Shown in pieces: positions 28,948 through 45,209 of a DNA stretch of 64,000 nt. A model generated the notes under the pieces. That model saw only the letters and a list, made by a program, of their open reading frames with translations. It had not been told where the DNA came from and made no database searches. Both the position numbers and the translations under genes were made by a program. Position 1 is the stretch's first letter. Every line of letters starts with the position of its first letter. Source of the stretch: the human T2T-CHM13v2.0 reference genome, Homo sapiens. The stretch lies in NCBI RefSeq assembly GCF_009914755.1, contig NC_060931.1; one strand, written 5' to 3'.

Positions 28948-30096
28948 TTTGTGTGTGTGTGTGTTTGTGTGTGTATGGTGTGTGTGTGTGTGGTGTGTAC
29001 AGTGTGGTGTATGGTATACAGTGTTTGTGTGTGTGGGTATGTATGGTGTATGTGGTGTTTGCATTTGTGTGTGTGGTTTGTGTGTGGTGTATATGATATG
29101 GTATGTGGGATGTGTTGGTATAATATGTGCAGTGTGTGTGGTGTGTATGATGTCGTATGTGGAATGTGTGGTATGTGGTGTGTGCTGTGTGTGTGATGTT
29201 TGTGGTATGTATGATGTATGGAAGAAGTGTGGCATGTAGTGTGTTATGTGGTGTATGTGGTACTGTGGGGTGTGTAGTATGTGTTGTGTGTGGTGTGTAT
29301 GATGTGGTATGTAGGATGTGTGGCATGCGGTGTGGTATGTGATGTGGTATGTGGTATGTGCTGTGTGTGGTATGTAGGATGTGTGTTGTGTGTGGTACAT
29401 GTGGTATGTAGTGTGTGGTATGTTATCTGGTGTGTGTGTGTGTGGTGTGATGTGTAATGCGTGTGGGGTTTGGAGTGTGTGTGGTATATAGTGCAGTGTG
29501 TGTGGTGTGTTTGTGTGTGTGCTGTATGTGTGGTGTCTGGTGTGGTGTGGTGTGTGGTGTGTACAGTGTGGTGTATGGTGTACAGTGTCTGTGGGTGTAG
29601 GTGTGCGTGGTGTGTGTGGTGTTTGTGTTTGTGTGTGTGGTTTGTGTGTGGTGTATATGATGTGGTATATGGTGTGTGTGGTATGTGATGTGGTATGTTA
29701 TGGGGTGTGTGTGGTGTGTGTGTGTGGTGTGTAGGATGTGGTATGTAGGTTGTGTGGCATGTGGTGTGTTATGTGCTATGTGTCATGCGTGTGTATGCTG
29801 TGTATGATGTGGTGTGTAGGTTGTGTGGCATGTGGTGTGGTATTTGATGTGTGTGTATGGTGTGTATGATGTATGTAGGATGTATGGCATGTGGTGTGTT
29901 ATGTGCTGTGTGTCGTGTGTATGGTGTGTATGATGTGGTATGTAAGTTGTGTGGCATGTGGTGTATTTGGTGTGTGTGTGGTGTGTATGATGTATGATGT
30001 CATATGTAGCATGTGTGTTATGTGGTGTGTTATGTTGTGTGTGTGGTATGTGGGGTGTGTATTATGTGATATGTGTGTGTGGTGTGTGTGTGTGGT
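28948..30096. repeat. 1.15-kb degenerate (TG)/(TGTGG)/(TATG) low-complexity tandem repeat
   Basis: Almost entirely T/G with sparse A and very few C on the plus strand; contains internal longer-range duplications. Confidence 0.95.
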
Positions 30097-30199
30097 ATTC
30101 GAAGGTAAGAGTGGTGCTTGCCTCACCTGCCCATGTACTAAAGTTGGAAATATGTGGAGAAGCTCAGCATAGCCATAGCTCTTGCACAAGGTGATGCAA

Positions 30200-31030
30200 G
30201 CTCACGACGGCTCCATATTTTCGTAGAATGCCAACTGATGGGCACAGATGGAGAAATGAAATTAGAAGATTGCCATCTGACAACCATTGTAATAATACTT
30301 GACTTGGGTAAGAATCATCAATGCATGCCCAAACTAGGAGGTGAAAATTTGATGAGTCAAAAGATATGAATATAGTCCGAAAAAATCGCCCCACAATTAC
30401 TTGTTCATTTCAAAGGAAATAGAGCAACCTACGGTGGGAAAACCTTACAGACACCACCTTAAATAAGATATCAAAATGACTATCCCCAGCAGGACACACT
30501 GATATCACGTGCCTCTTGATATGATGCATGGCAAGGACACAACATCACTTCTCTAGGATTCTGGCCAAAATTCTAATTATGAGGAAACATCAAACAAATC
30601 ATAGTGATGGGCACTGTACAGAAAACCTGTTCTGTTCTGAAAAATGTAACGGCCATAACAGGTAAAGAAAGAGGGAAGAAATATTCTAGTTGAAAGGAAA
30701 TTAAGGAGACAGAGCAACTACACACACTGGAGGCCTGGGTGGATCCCAGACCAAGGTGGCAGTGGTCCACAGTGTGCCAGGGAGCAGGTGAAACTGGAAT
30801 GTTGATGCCAGGTTAGACGCCGATACTGTGCCAACTGCGAATATCCTGATTCTGGTCACGGTCCTGTGCCTCTGTAAGAAAATGCTCTTTTTATTGGTAA
30901 ATACAGAAAGAGAGAAAATAATAAAGTAAATGGAGCAAAATGTAAACAATTGGTCATCTGAGTAAAGGATATAAATAGGTCATAGTATTTTTGCAACTGT
31001 TCTGTAAATTAAAAATTCCACCTAAATAAA
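30200..31030 (+). mobile_element. L1MC/L1MD-type 3'UTR fragment
   Basis: aagaatcatcaatg...acaccaccttaaataagatatcaaa...atgaggaaacatcaaacaaa...ttttgcaactgttctgtaaat. Confidence 0.7.
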
Positions 31031-31823
31031 CAGATACAATACACAGGTGGGAGAGCAGGTAGGCAGATGGTCCAGTCTGTGAGAACCCCTTTCTGCATAA
31101 GCACAGCTCCCACCCCTGATGTCATGTCATGGATAAATAAATGCAACATCCTGGAAATTGTTGAGAACCACCAAGGGTCAGCCAGCCCATCATCCCAATC
31201 ACTGTGATGTCCACATGTCCTAGATGAAACTGATGTGAGATTTTTGCAAAATCCTGCCTCTTCTGAACCTTGCTTTGGACAGTTTATAAAGCTGCACGAT
31301 GAACAAAATGCTGGGCAGTGGATGTCCACATCACCTCCTTGCGTTACTGACCCGGTCTCTTCATCTGGTACATCGGGAGGGTCAGCAGAGGCAGTGACAC
31401 CGCCCTATCTCCTAAGGCCACGTGGTGAGGGGGGGAAGAGGAGGTGAGGAAGGCAGGGCAGGGGGCCCTTTCTTAGGGACCTTATCCTTTCTCTTAGGGA
31501 CCCTTGCCTGTCAGATTCACCAGCTTCTGCTCTCTCTCTGTCCCTCAAGCAAAAAACTGCCATTGTTATACTGCGAGAGACTTTCTCAAATGCTTCTGAC
31601 GGGACATAACTAACACAGCAGGCTCTCTGCTGCCTACAAACTAGGGAACACATTTTCTTCCTACAAGGAGGGCTGATAGAAACTCTTCTTCTGCCAGGGT
31701 TACAAGAAATGCATTCAGATAACCCAGGAAATAGAAACATGCCCAGCTATGAGAAGCTATAAGTCTGCTCAACAGAAAGCCATAGACCGCTCAAAATACG
31801 TAAGCCCTTGGCTGCTGGACTGA

Positions 31824-32342
<519 letters not shown>

Positions 32343-33604
32343 CAGAATTGAATTTTGAAAGTAGCCACACAAACTATTTATGGCTCCAGGCTAATATGGA
32401 AAAAGCTTAAGGACAGTAATTTAAACAAGGTGAGTAAAAGCCAAGGATTGGATTCAGCTTTTCTTACCAGTTCCACCTGTGGTCCCTGGTGCCCTCAACA
32501 ACCCACTGAACCTCTGTGCTTCTCAGCTCAACGGACCAGAAGCAGCAAGTCCAGCCTCTGCAGGCACCTCTATGGGCAATGGTGGTGGTGGTGGTGGCTT
32601 TGTATTCCCAAAAAAATATACTTTTTGATACACAAGGGGTCTGTATTTAAAATGAAACATTTTTCAAGGTTTTATTCTTCCTGTTATGGATGGGAATACA
32701 AACCTTAGATTTCATAACATACTTCTCAATAGGCATATCCACATATTAAACTAAATGCAAGAGGATTTAAATGTTTCAAGCCAATTAGCAACCGGATCCT
32801 AAGCTACACAGAACCTGAACCTTTGTTTGTGGACCAACAGCATCTTAGCTCCTTGGAGCATGTGGCCAGTTGGCTCATTGTATGAATTTGCAGGTCGGGG
32901 GATAGCATTACCACAGCCTAGAGCAGAAACCCCCTCCCCACCAGCAGTGAGGGTCCTCGAAGTGTGAAGACTGGGAAAGATGAAGGCTACTTTGCTGCTC
33001 ACGACCCAACGAATGGCTCCAGAGACTGAGATCCACACAGCACCCGCTTTTGCCAAGTTCCATGGCCCCATGCCTGGAAGAGTCTGAGGAACTGAGGCTT
33101 CCAAGGCTTGCTCATCACATCTTCACAGGCATAGAAATGGAGGAGAAGAAAGGATGTTTTCTTTCTTATAGTATTTACAACAAAATAGTCTGGTCTCACT
33201 TGAATTCCTCATAATAAAACATATGGTCTTGAACCCTATGCCAGCATTGGAACCTCTAAAGGTGGACAGGGCTTAGGATGCTCCAAGAACGGCGATTCTC
33301 ACCTTTGGGGTTCTGACACTTGATAATTGTGCTAGTGAAATCTGCTACTGATAATGATTAAAGTCTCGCTCTGTAACTAATTTATTTAAAAAAATAAACC
33401 AGAGAAGATTAAAGTTGATACCTCACATAACCACATTCTGATTTCCTTGCATTTCACGTCGATTTCATGAGTGGGGTAGAGTTTTGGTGCCTGCGTGAGG
33501 ACTGCCGTGGGAATGAGCTGTGGATGTTGTGGGTCACGGATGTTGTCAGTCAGTCGTGTGTGTGGAGCAGCAAGGCAGGGTGAGCCTCTGATTAGTGCAA
33601 GTCA

Positions 33605-33815
33605 CCTGCTCTGGGACAGGCACTGCCTTTGATACTTTACTTTGTGGTCTCATTTAACACCCAACACAGTATTGTGAGACAATTAGTATTGTCCTCACTT
33701 TACTGGGGAGAACGGAGGGGTGTGGTGAGTTGAGCAAAGCCATTAAGTTAGAAAATGATAGAACCAGGACTTGGGTTAAATCTACCTAGTTCTAAAATCC
33801 ACATTCTTTGCTGAC
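33605..33815 (+). mobile_element. MIR SINE
   Basis: tctcatttaacacccaacacagtattgtgag...attgtcctcactttactgggga...ttctaaaatccacattcttt. Confidence 0.6.
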
Positions 33816-34215
33816 CCCTCACTACCTCCATCTGAGGCAGAAATCCCCTCCCTAGCATTGGCAATAATTGGACAGCAGTCTCTATTTGAACGTCTTAAAC
33901 GAAAGAAAAAAATCACAATTCCTGGAGACTCGCATTCCACGTTTTGAACACTTCTGATGGAAATGTTGGACTTGCATTCAGCTAAAACCCTCTCTTTACA
34001 TCCCTTCAGTTAATCCAAGTTATGCTGTCATGAGTCACTCTTCAGAAATCCAATTCTGCTTCTGTGACATAGATTCTGAATTGTCTGAGGACAATTTTGT
34101 AGGGCACACAACTTTAGTGTTTTCAACTACTTCTCACTCCATGAGGTCCTGGCTCTGTGACTTCCGGGCTGGACGTGCTCTGAGCCACATCCTTCCAGAG
34201 GACAGGGCATGCTCT

Positions 34216-34375
34216 CCACTGTGCTGCCTGACACTCCAGCCGGAGCCGCACGTGGCTCCAGTTCATCTGAAATGTGGCCAGTGCCAGAGCAACTGTTTTA
34301 AATTTTCATTAATTTTAATTACATAAAATTTAAATATCCACAGGTGGTTAGAGGCTACTGTATCAGAGAGCACAG
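34216..34375. mobile_element. MER3/MER33-like hAT-Charlie MITE within a CR1/L3-like remnant
   Basis: ctgtgctgcc...gccgcacgtggct...tttcattaattttaatt...ccacaggtggttagaggctactgtatcagagagcacag; internally palindromic. Confidence 0.7.
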
Positions 34376-35739
34376 ACCCGGACCTCCTCAGGAAAGCACG
34401 AGTTTCTCTTAAAAATGTGTCTCCTAGAACTGAGCACAGTGCTCCAGAGATAACTGGTCATCACTGTGCCTCTATTCTACAGACTCCATAGCACTAGCTG
34501 CCCAGGGGCCACATCCCCCAGTGACCCATCTCACAATGAGACTCAACTGTAACCTGTAAGACCTTTGCACATCTGCTGCTATCAAGTCCCATACCTCCCA
34601 TTTTTACTTGACTTCCCCAGGCAGGAACTTCAGGGCTTCCAAACAGGGTTTAGATGAAGGAAGTAACTAGCATAGCTGGGGAGAGTTGCCTGAATTGCAT
34701 GGACACTGATGAGCAGGGAACGGGGCTCCCGCAAGTCATGGTGTTTGGAAGCCAATAACCCTTGAAGATGGAGTTCACCATACAGCAGTTCTCAGAAAGC
34801 CACCAGTGTCTCAGAAGAGAGGGCACCGAACATCTCAGGGAAGACGGCAGGCATCGTGGCTGGTGTTGCCACGTGATGGGCCAGAATGGAATGCAGCTAC
34901 TGCAGCCCAAGCCCCACTGGGCCAGAAGTGGGGATGTTAGGCAGGCAGAGAGCACAGCCCCTCCCAGAGCAAAGCCCTAAAAGATAGTCAAGGACTCTGC
35001 TAGGCCAAGTGGATGGTTGTTTCCGTTTCAGCCAATGGTGCTGGGGCAGGTGCTGTGCCACGAGGGGCTTCCCATCACTCCACCACTCCAAAAGTGTGGT
35101 CACAAGACTGGCTGAGAGGGTAGATTCCAATGAGGGACATAAGAATCTGTCCTCCACCCCAGCACACCCAGGAAGACAAGAGGCACAAGAACCAGGCTCT
35201 GCAGCAGGTCTGTGCATTCAGTGAACACCCGATGAAATTTCCAACACTGCGCGAAGTGCATTTTTGGCATTTGTAGAAGGTGGCCCCTGTTCTCAGGATG
35301 GGATGTCACTCCAATGACCTTGCATACATGTGTGTCTATATGTCTGTATTTAATAATCCCCAAATGCAGTAGCTTTGGGTAATAAATACCTGTGAGTTTC
35401 TTTGAGTACCACCCCATGTTTACTTGACCACTGGGCTCTAAAATTTAACAAATCCTCAGAGAACCATGTCTGGCTAGAAAAGCAAGAACGGGGCAGCAAA
35501 GGACCAGAGGACCTTTTAAACTAAGAGCCTTCATTCTCTCTTGGCTTGGATTAGGGACGGACAGAGAGAAACACCAGAGAAGAACGATCACTCACTGTTA
35601 AAAAGGCTCTCTAGCTGAGTGTGGCTTTTAGTGAGAAGTGTCCTTCCAAGGTCCCTAGCCTGCGGCTAATTCTCTCCTCTGCTCTTACACTCCATGTTTG
35701 CTCCCAGCTACGCTTGCTCTCACTCTCTCCCTCCAACCC

Positions 35740-36260
35740 ATATTCAGTCCTTCTTCAGCTGTGAAGAGCAGACAGAGTAGTCTTTGAAAAGCACAGTTCA
35801 GCTCCCATTACTTGCCAATTTAAACTCTTCAGTGCCTTCCTGCTACTCTTATAATGAAGCTAAAATCTGTGCCATACTCTGCAAAGTCCCGAGAGGTTGG
35901 TGCTGACACCTGCTCGGCTTCATCTCACACCACTCCTTTCCCTTCCTTGTGTGCCAGCCAAGTGGGCATTCTGTCAGCCCCGTGACACTCCCTCCTGTCC
36001 CACAGCCTCATTCGGGCTGTTCCTTTGCATGGACAATGTTCTCTTCTGTTCCAAACTAGTGAGCACCTACTGACACTTTAGCTGTCAGCCTATACATCCC
36101 TTTCTTGGGAAAAAAATATGTAACATCACCCTGCACCTCATTCTCAGCAGCCACATCCCACTCACTGGTCTCCCTGAACCACATCATTTCATTTGATAAC
36201 AGTCCTCAGATGTGTAATGTTATATGTATGGGTGAGATATTTAACAGATCCCTGGCTTCT
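35740..36260 (+). mobile_element. L2 fragment
   Basis: ttaaactcttcagtgccttcc...gctgttcctttgcatggacaatgttct; degenerate. Confidence 0.55.
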
Positions 36261-36293
36261 TCACTGGGCCCTTAGCAATATACAAGTAGGCTC

Positions 36294-36580
<287 letters not shown>

Positions 36581-37150
36581 TCACTGTATATCTGCAGAAC
36601 TGTGCCTAGCAACTGGTCCATGCTCAGAAATGAGCCCTGAAATGGAACATCGTGTAGGGCAGCAGATGGAACAGAATGAGAAAGGGGTTGTGTCTGAGGG
36701 GTTGGTCCAAGTGCCATGTGGATTCACCAGGGCTCACCACAGTGCCCTTCCTGCTGCTGCCACTTTCTTTATGGGTAAAGTCAGTCCTGTGTCAGGGCCA
36801 GCACAGCATGAAAGCCAAGGAAAAACACACCTGCAGCCTCTATACCCTGCTCGGCATGCTGTGTTTTCCTCCTTCTTTAGTTACAGTGCTATGGCTCCTG
36901 TGTCTAGAAAGTTTCTCCAAGTTGCCTAACCCTGCTCACCCAGGGTCTCTGAATTTCTGATGAGCTATGCCCTTCTCATATTTGTATTCATTCATCTTGA
37001 CCTGTCTCAGGTCCATTGGATTCCAAGGTCTTTGGGAGAAATAATCATAGAGAATTTATGTCTCTATCTCTAAATAACCAGGACAATGCAATGTTTTCTT
37101 AACACCTTCATCAAAGGTCTATATTTTGATTTGGCTTAGAAATAAATGCT

Positions 37151-37660
<510 letters not shown>

Positions 37661-38121
37661 TTAAAAACTTACTTATTAGGTATCACATATTTTCTGAAAA
37701 TAATAGACATTAAAAAGAAGTATAAAATGCTTACTGTCTAGTTGGCGAGATGCATTAATGACTAATCACTATTTAAGAGATGTCAGAAGACAGTGAACGG
37801 TAAAGGCCAATTGAGTACAAGAGGCGAGAGAGTTTTCAGTTCAGATGAGGTAGATATTACTGCAGAATGTCCGGAAAAGCTTGAGAGCGGCGATGGGGTA
37901 TTCTTTGGGATGGAAAAGAAGTTGAGAATTGGATAAAATGAAATATAAAAGAACATTCCAGATGGAGAAACTATATCAGCCCAGTGTGTAGGCTAAGTCA
38001 GTAACTGCTAAATGCCTGTCCACGGATTGCTGGTCTTTAAAGAAGCTCTTTTTTTTTCTTTATTCTTTCCCTTTCTTACTCTAGGGATAATGAAGCTCTT
38101 CTGAATTTGTGGCAAAATTAA

Positions 38122-38476
<355 letters not shown>

Positions 38477-40039
38477 AAGGCATCTTTTTAAAATTAAGGA
38501 GCCATGATATTTGTTCAGAAAATGTTTTTCCCACTTTTTGATGTTAAAATGTCCTTCTACTTTTGAAATTACAGTGATAGAAATGGCAGTTGGTATTTTT
38601 TTCAAGCTAGATCATCAATTTGTTGTTAGGTTAGATCGCCTCTCTCCATGTACCATTAAAACAGAAATGCTGGCATCTACACACTACCAGGGGACCTACC
38701 TGCAGCCAGGGAGTATGTGTTTGCAGGATGAGGCTGGAAAGGTGGCTTGGTTCTGCTCATGAACATTTAGACCAAGGCTTCCCTTCTCATGCAAGAATTA
38801 TAGAAATGCTTTTGAGAAAAATGTGACATGATGAAAATGGAGTTTGGGAGACACACGCAGTCTCCTTAGAAAATATCACTTGCAGATAAATCTTGAGAAC
38901 CCTTGTAAGTCTATTTGTTCTTTTCAATGTTATTTTTGCCATTTTCCTCCTGCTAAACTGAAACCAGCATCCCTCTTCATTCTTTTCAATGGGCAGAACC
39001 CAAGCTCTGACTCCTTTGGCACCCTCTGGTGCTTCAGAAAGCCCTGAGCTTTGTTCTGAGGCATGAGTTAAAATCTCTCCTCCAGTATGTTTTCTAGCTG
39101 AATGACAAATTCAGTTTCTCCAACTTCAAACCAGAGAGACTTAGATGGTAGACTCTGCACAGAAAAGCATATTTAAACTCCCAAGCATCTTATGAGTTAT
39201 ACTAGGCTTCTTGGGACCCCTCAGAACACTGCTCGTTCTCAATTCTAGCCCCCAAGGTTTAGGTGAACCTCACGATTCATAAGGCAGCTGTTCTCCCATT
39301 TCCCACACTTCCTCTCAATACCTGTGATTCAGGAAGAACATGGAAATATCCATGCCTGTCTTAATGGATGAAGCTAACTGCACCAAGAGATTGGAGCCTG
39401 TCCCAGGAACAGGCTGGAGGCACTGCATGGAACCTGGGATTGGCCGTTCCCTCCTCAGGGCTCTCATAGGAAGATGCCTTGGGCATGCATGGCTGGTGAG
39501 AAAACATGAGATCCCTGTTCTCTTCTTTCTCCTTTATTTGAAACAGCTGAAGCTAAGTCCCTGGAGCTGTCCCCATAACCATCTATACCTAGACCTCAGT
39601 CATACTGAAGAGAAGTGGTGCTCAGCATTTTGAGCTGTGGCTTAGGGTATTAAAAAATAAAAGGAAGAGAAGGGAAGAGGGCATGATGGAGGCTTGGGTG
39701 ACCAGGAACCAGAGACTCAGAGGTGGGTAGGGAGGATGGCAACGCTATTCTCCTTCAGAACTTCCATGTCTATAGGCCTCTTTCATTTCCTGGTACCTGA
39801 AGAGAGATAAACAAGAGGAGGAAAGACACTGGGTATTCTGCACAGAGTCTGCCAACCTGAGTGGCTGGGATATTTCTTCTGCAAGGAGGGCTTCCATGGG
39901 CTTCTGCAAGGAGGGCTTCCTCATCCCTTAGAACAGGTAGTCAAAATGAGGCCCATGTAGCAGCCCAGTGCACTGCAAAGAAGCACAACAACTAACCAAC
40001 TCCTCGCTAATCCAACTAGTCAATTAAATGATAGGCATA

Positions 40040-40440
<401 letters not shown>

Positions 40441-41689
40441 CTAGGCGGCAGCAGGACCAGCACTAGCAAACTTGATTCTATCAGCCTTGAAATGCAAACT
40501 GAGCCATTATGCTGCCTCTGACAGTGGAGGAAGGGGTGAGGGTCCACAGGCGGTTGTTACCTAAGAAAGGAATGGCAACTAATGCTTAGTGGGCCCCTTC
40601 TGTGAGCCAGGACTTTCTGCACTTCATGTCGTTTAATGGAACTGGGGGTGTTCTTTCCATTCCTGAAATGATTGTGTTGTTGAAATTAGGTGACTTCTTG
40701 CCACTCCTCACTGCAATAACTGGGATTTGACTCTCAGCGGTATTACTCCAAAAGCCATGCTTTCCTCTCCATCCTCTCCATAAGTTCAGTGTTTGACCCT
40801 GGATCAATTTTCCACCTTTCCCTGGATTTTGTTTTCTCCTCTATAAATTAGGATGTATGGAGAATAACAAAACAACCCCTATGATACAATGGCTCTGAAG
40901 ATGAATGTAGAAGAGATATAAAAGGACTTCTGCAGAGTTCTACAACTCAGGCAGGTGAAAGTATATATTAAATAAGGTTTATTCATTCATTTATTCAGCC
41001 ATGGTTGAGGGCCAAATGCTATGTGACTCTCTAGGGGGACTGGCTCCAACCCTTGAGCACCATCTCCCGTAGACAATGGAACCCGCTGTCCCTGTGCTGC
41101 TGTGTTCACATGCAGAGTAAGGTTCTAAGAGGGTTGAAGTCCTCCAAGCAGACCACACAGTCCAAGGCAGTCTCTGATGTTTTGCAGAGAAAGGTCACTC
41201 AAGTTGATTTCTAATATGAATCAGTAGGGAGACGTCCCCAAGAAAGAGGTGGCTCCAGAAAGCCTTCAGTAATGACCTTAAAGTAAACATCCATTTTCCA
41301 TCACATACACTCAGTTGCCACAGGATCCATAACATACAACCTTATTTGCTAACGTCAAGAGCTGTCCCTTTCTATAACAAACTAGAACTGCAGAAAGACA
41401 CGTTCCCTTTTACAATTAGCACTTGGCATTGAAACACACTTTCTGGAGGTTTTGACATGTCTCTAAATGGCAACTCTAGCAGATATGTTTCTCCCCAGGT
41501 AGTAACAAGCTATTACCACGCTCTTGACGTCCCTTGATTTTCTCTCCTACCCACATGAATCCCACCACGGATCATGAACCAAGGCCCGCCTTTCCTAGGA
41601 GCCTTCATTGCCCAGCCTACTCCATGCCACAGTGACCGCTCCCTCCTCCAGCTTCTAATGGCACAGGTGGTGGGGAGGGAGCAGAGGAA

Positions 41690-41816
41690 AGGGTGACTAC
41701 ATGTCCTCATTTTGCTAGGAGCATTCTGGTAGTGTATGTCTGTTGTTTTAGCATCATTATTAATAGCACATCTACTCTCAAAAGTACGCTAATAGGATGA
41801 TGTTATGTGGTTTTCC
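41690..41816. mobile_element. MER94-like hAT-Blackjack MITE
   Basis: agggtgactacatgtcc terminus and cattattaatagcacatctactctcaaaagt core. Confidence 0.6.
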
Positions 41817-42444
41817 ATGGCACAGTGAATCCACCCTGGAGGCCTCAGAGTCTAAGGTGTTGCAAAGGCTTGGCCCTTTCTACATTCCTGTGCACTGATC
41901 ACAGTGCATAGGAAAGAGAGGCACAATGCTTCAAACTGCTACCAAGCACGCTCATCCCCCACAGTGGGCCTCACTACAGGGCCTTTGCTACTCCATCCTG
42001 CTCTCTGCCCCAGCATACTGGCTCATTCGGACTAACCACAGCTGATCAGGGTCTAGGTCATGCTAAGTGGCTCAAGCCTCCATCAACACCCTCTTCCCTT
42101 GTCTTTCTATTTTTTAATACCCCAAGCCATAGCTCAAAATTCTGACAACTGCTTATTTGCAAAATTTCCAAGATCTAGGTATAGATGGATGTAGAAACAT
42201 CTTAAGGGATTTAGCTTCAGCTGTTTTACATAAAGAGAGCAGAAGGTAATACACATCTCATGTTTTCTCAGCATCCAGGCACACCCAAGGCATCATCTTC
42301 CCATTAGAGCCCTAATGAGGGGATGGCCAATCCCAGGTTCCATGCAGACCTCCTAGCCTGTTCCTCGAACTGGCTTTGACCTACCAGCCAGTTAGCTTCA
42401 TCCATCAAGACGGACATGGATATTTCCACTGCATGTTTCAATCA

Positions 42445-42873
42445 TAGGTATTGAGAAGACATGCAGGAAATGGGAAAAGAGCTGCCTTACACTTTGTGAG
42501 GTTTACCTTGTGTTCCATGAAAGGTGAACTTACAGACGGAGGTATGACCTTGGGTGGCACCAAGACAGGTAGATCTCTGCACTCTTACTCCCAGACCCAA
42601 GGCTTATATACCATAGGGAAAAGCATATGTGCTTCAGCAAGACAATTAAAGGCAATCCTCTAGCACAGGCAGGAATGGTATATGTGTCATAGCCTGTAAT
42701 TTGTGCAATAACATCAAGGCCGCTTTGGTCTAAGGGCAGGATCCATGGTGAGTTAAACATTCTTACATAAGAGAAGTAAATAAAGTAGAATTCTTGGAGG
42801 TATTCCCAGGACTGGGGTTAATCAGAAGTCAACATGGTGGATTGAAGTCTGAGATGTCACTGTCAACTCCACA
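42445..42873 (-). mobile_element. ERV1 (MER4-group)-like LTR remnant
   Basis: ggggttaatcagaagtcaacatggtggattgaagtctgagatg resembles the reverse 5' end of MER4-group LTRs; family uncertain. Confidence 0.45.
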
Positions 42874-43257
42874 CCTAGATCTTGGATGCTGATTAAGTAG
42901 GAACCTGGGAGCAGGATTAGAGTCAACAGCCAATCTTCTGCCAAGCTCCTACTTCACTTAGGCCAAGGGATGCGCTGGCAGTAAATGAGGTAGGGTCAGA
43001 GTATTCACAGCCCACTTCCCACTGTGGGTCCTCTTGACTTCCCTTGTACTCCTTCTCCATGCAAAGTGACCTTTTTCATAACATGTTCCACTTCTGGCTT
43101 CTGATGACAGCTCCTGCACATCCCCCAGCCTGCGCTATCTCGTGTGGCTTCCCAGCCTGCAAGTTTCAAATTGTATTTGGTGCCTTTCTTAAACTTCCTT
43201 GAAGTCTTCTTATTTGGGAGCCCCTTCTGTTTCTCCAGGTCCCTGACTGACACACTA

Positions 43258-43395
<138 letters not shown>

Positions 43396-43399
43396 CTAT

Positions 43400-43585
43400 T
43401 TAAGGTTCTCAACAGGGCCATTCTACCTCCTAGGAAGCATTTTTGAAATGAGGAGTTTTTCAGTTGTCACAATGAATCCTAGACTTCACTGGCATTTGGG
43501 GTAGAGGCCAGGGGGCTGGACACCCTGCAATGGGTAGAGATCCTGCACGGTGAGAAGTGTAGGTGCCCCACATCCCAGTTTTCAA
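43400..43585. mobile_element. MER20/MER20B-like hAT end
   Basis: ggttctcaacagggccattctacctcctagg...gttgtcacaatg...actggcatttggggtagaggccaggg; a possible opposite end (gttgagagttattg) lies near 45170-45183. Confidence 0.55.
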
Positions 43586-44569
43586 CAGACTCATTGGAAT
43601 AAATCCACAGAACTATAAATAAGGAGTACTTCAGTACATAATGATACTGAAAGTTTTTATGGGATGAAAAATAAAGGGTCCAGGGATTCAGGACAAGCTC
43701 GTTGCAGAGGTGGACGCTGGCTTCTTAATTCTACACATTGTGTCTATTATTGAATATGGTGTCTATGGAGTATTGTGTCTAGTGAGTATTTTATAACCCA
43801 TCCAACTACAAAGTTAATTGGCTTTAGTACAGAGTTACAATCACTACACAAACAGTGCAACAATGCAAAGGCATTTTAAATCACCTTAGTCAAATAGGAA
43901 CATTCTTAGAAGCAAACATTATTTTTAGTGCAAACACATGAAACATAGAGGTCTTAATAAAGTTTATCAAAAGCATTGTTTTAAAACATTTTATAGTGTT
44001 TCCTATATGCTTCACAATTATAGCACCAGAACAAGAAATCTACATGGTAAACTTTAAGTATTGAAATTATTTCCTGGAGGGAGGAATCTGTGTTTTTTCG
44101 GTCCTTTTCTGACACTGCCCCCAGGATCTTATCATACAACTTCTCTAGAGACCTATTTCGGTTTCTGTTTCAAAGAGCTGTATTCCTCATTAAGTATCAG
44201 AGGTTACAGTTTACAAGGCATTTATTAAGCACTGGAGACTGAGGGTACACCTTGTCAGGTGGTAGGATCCCAGGGACACTTCATTCCCCCCATCCATGTC
44301 ATAATTTGTTTCACGCCATGCTTAAAAAGAAGAAGCCACACCTGGCTATCAGTGGAGAATCTCACACATTTTCTCCTCTCAATCTGTGATCCACCTTGGT
44401 ACGCATCCTGTATTTCAAATGGAGTGTGTCCCCATTTTCTTTTCATTTTCAAAATAAAACTAATCTATTATTACTTAATCTCAGGCTTTATTCTAAGGTT
44501 CTTCTGTATTATCTGCTCTTCCCTTTTCCTATATTTTTTATACGGAACTATTTCTGGTCTGCTTTTTAA

Positions 44570-44893
<324 letters not shown>

Positions 44894-45209
44894 TAAACCC
44901 AGTTTTACTCTTTACACATAGGAAGAAGCTTCTGACTTCATCACAGATGTCAGTGCCCTAGCTGCAGACCACCTGGCAAGCAGGACCTGAGCAGTGACAC
45001 GCTGAAGGACAGATAACTGGATTATAAGTTCATTCCTTTATTTAGCCTATATATTGAAACTTTTAAAGTGGTATATGCATATACGTTTTATCACCTATGA
45101 ATTTAATTTAAATTAGGAAAGGAGCATTAAAATAATTTGCCAAAATAAGGAGGTGTAGGTTCTGGTACAGTTGAGAGTTATTGTCTATTTCAACACATGT
45201 ATCTCTTTT

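Noticed and set aside
28706-30194. Cys/Val-rich and His/Thr-rich ORFs up to 193 aa
   Set aside because: Translations of TG/CA low-complexity repeat, open in several frames on both strands.
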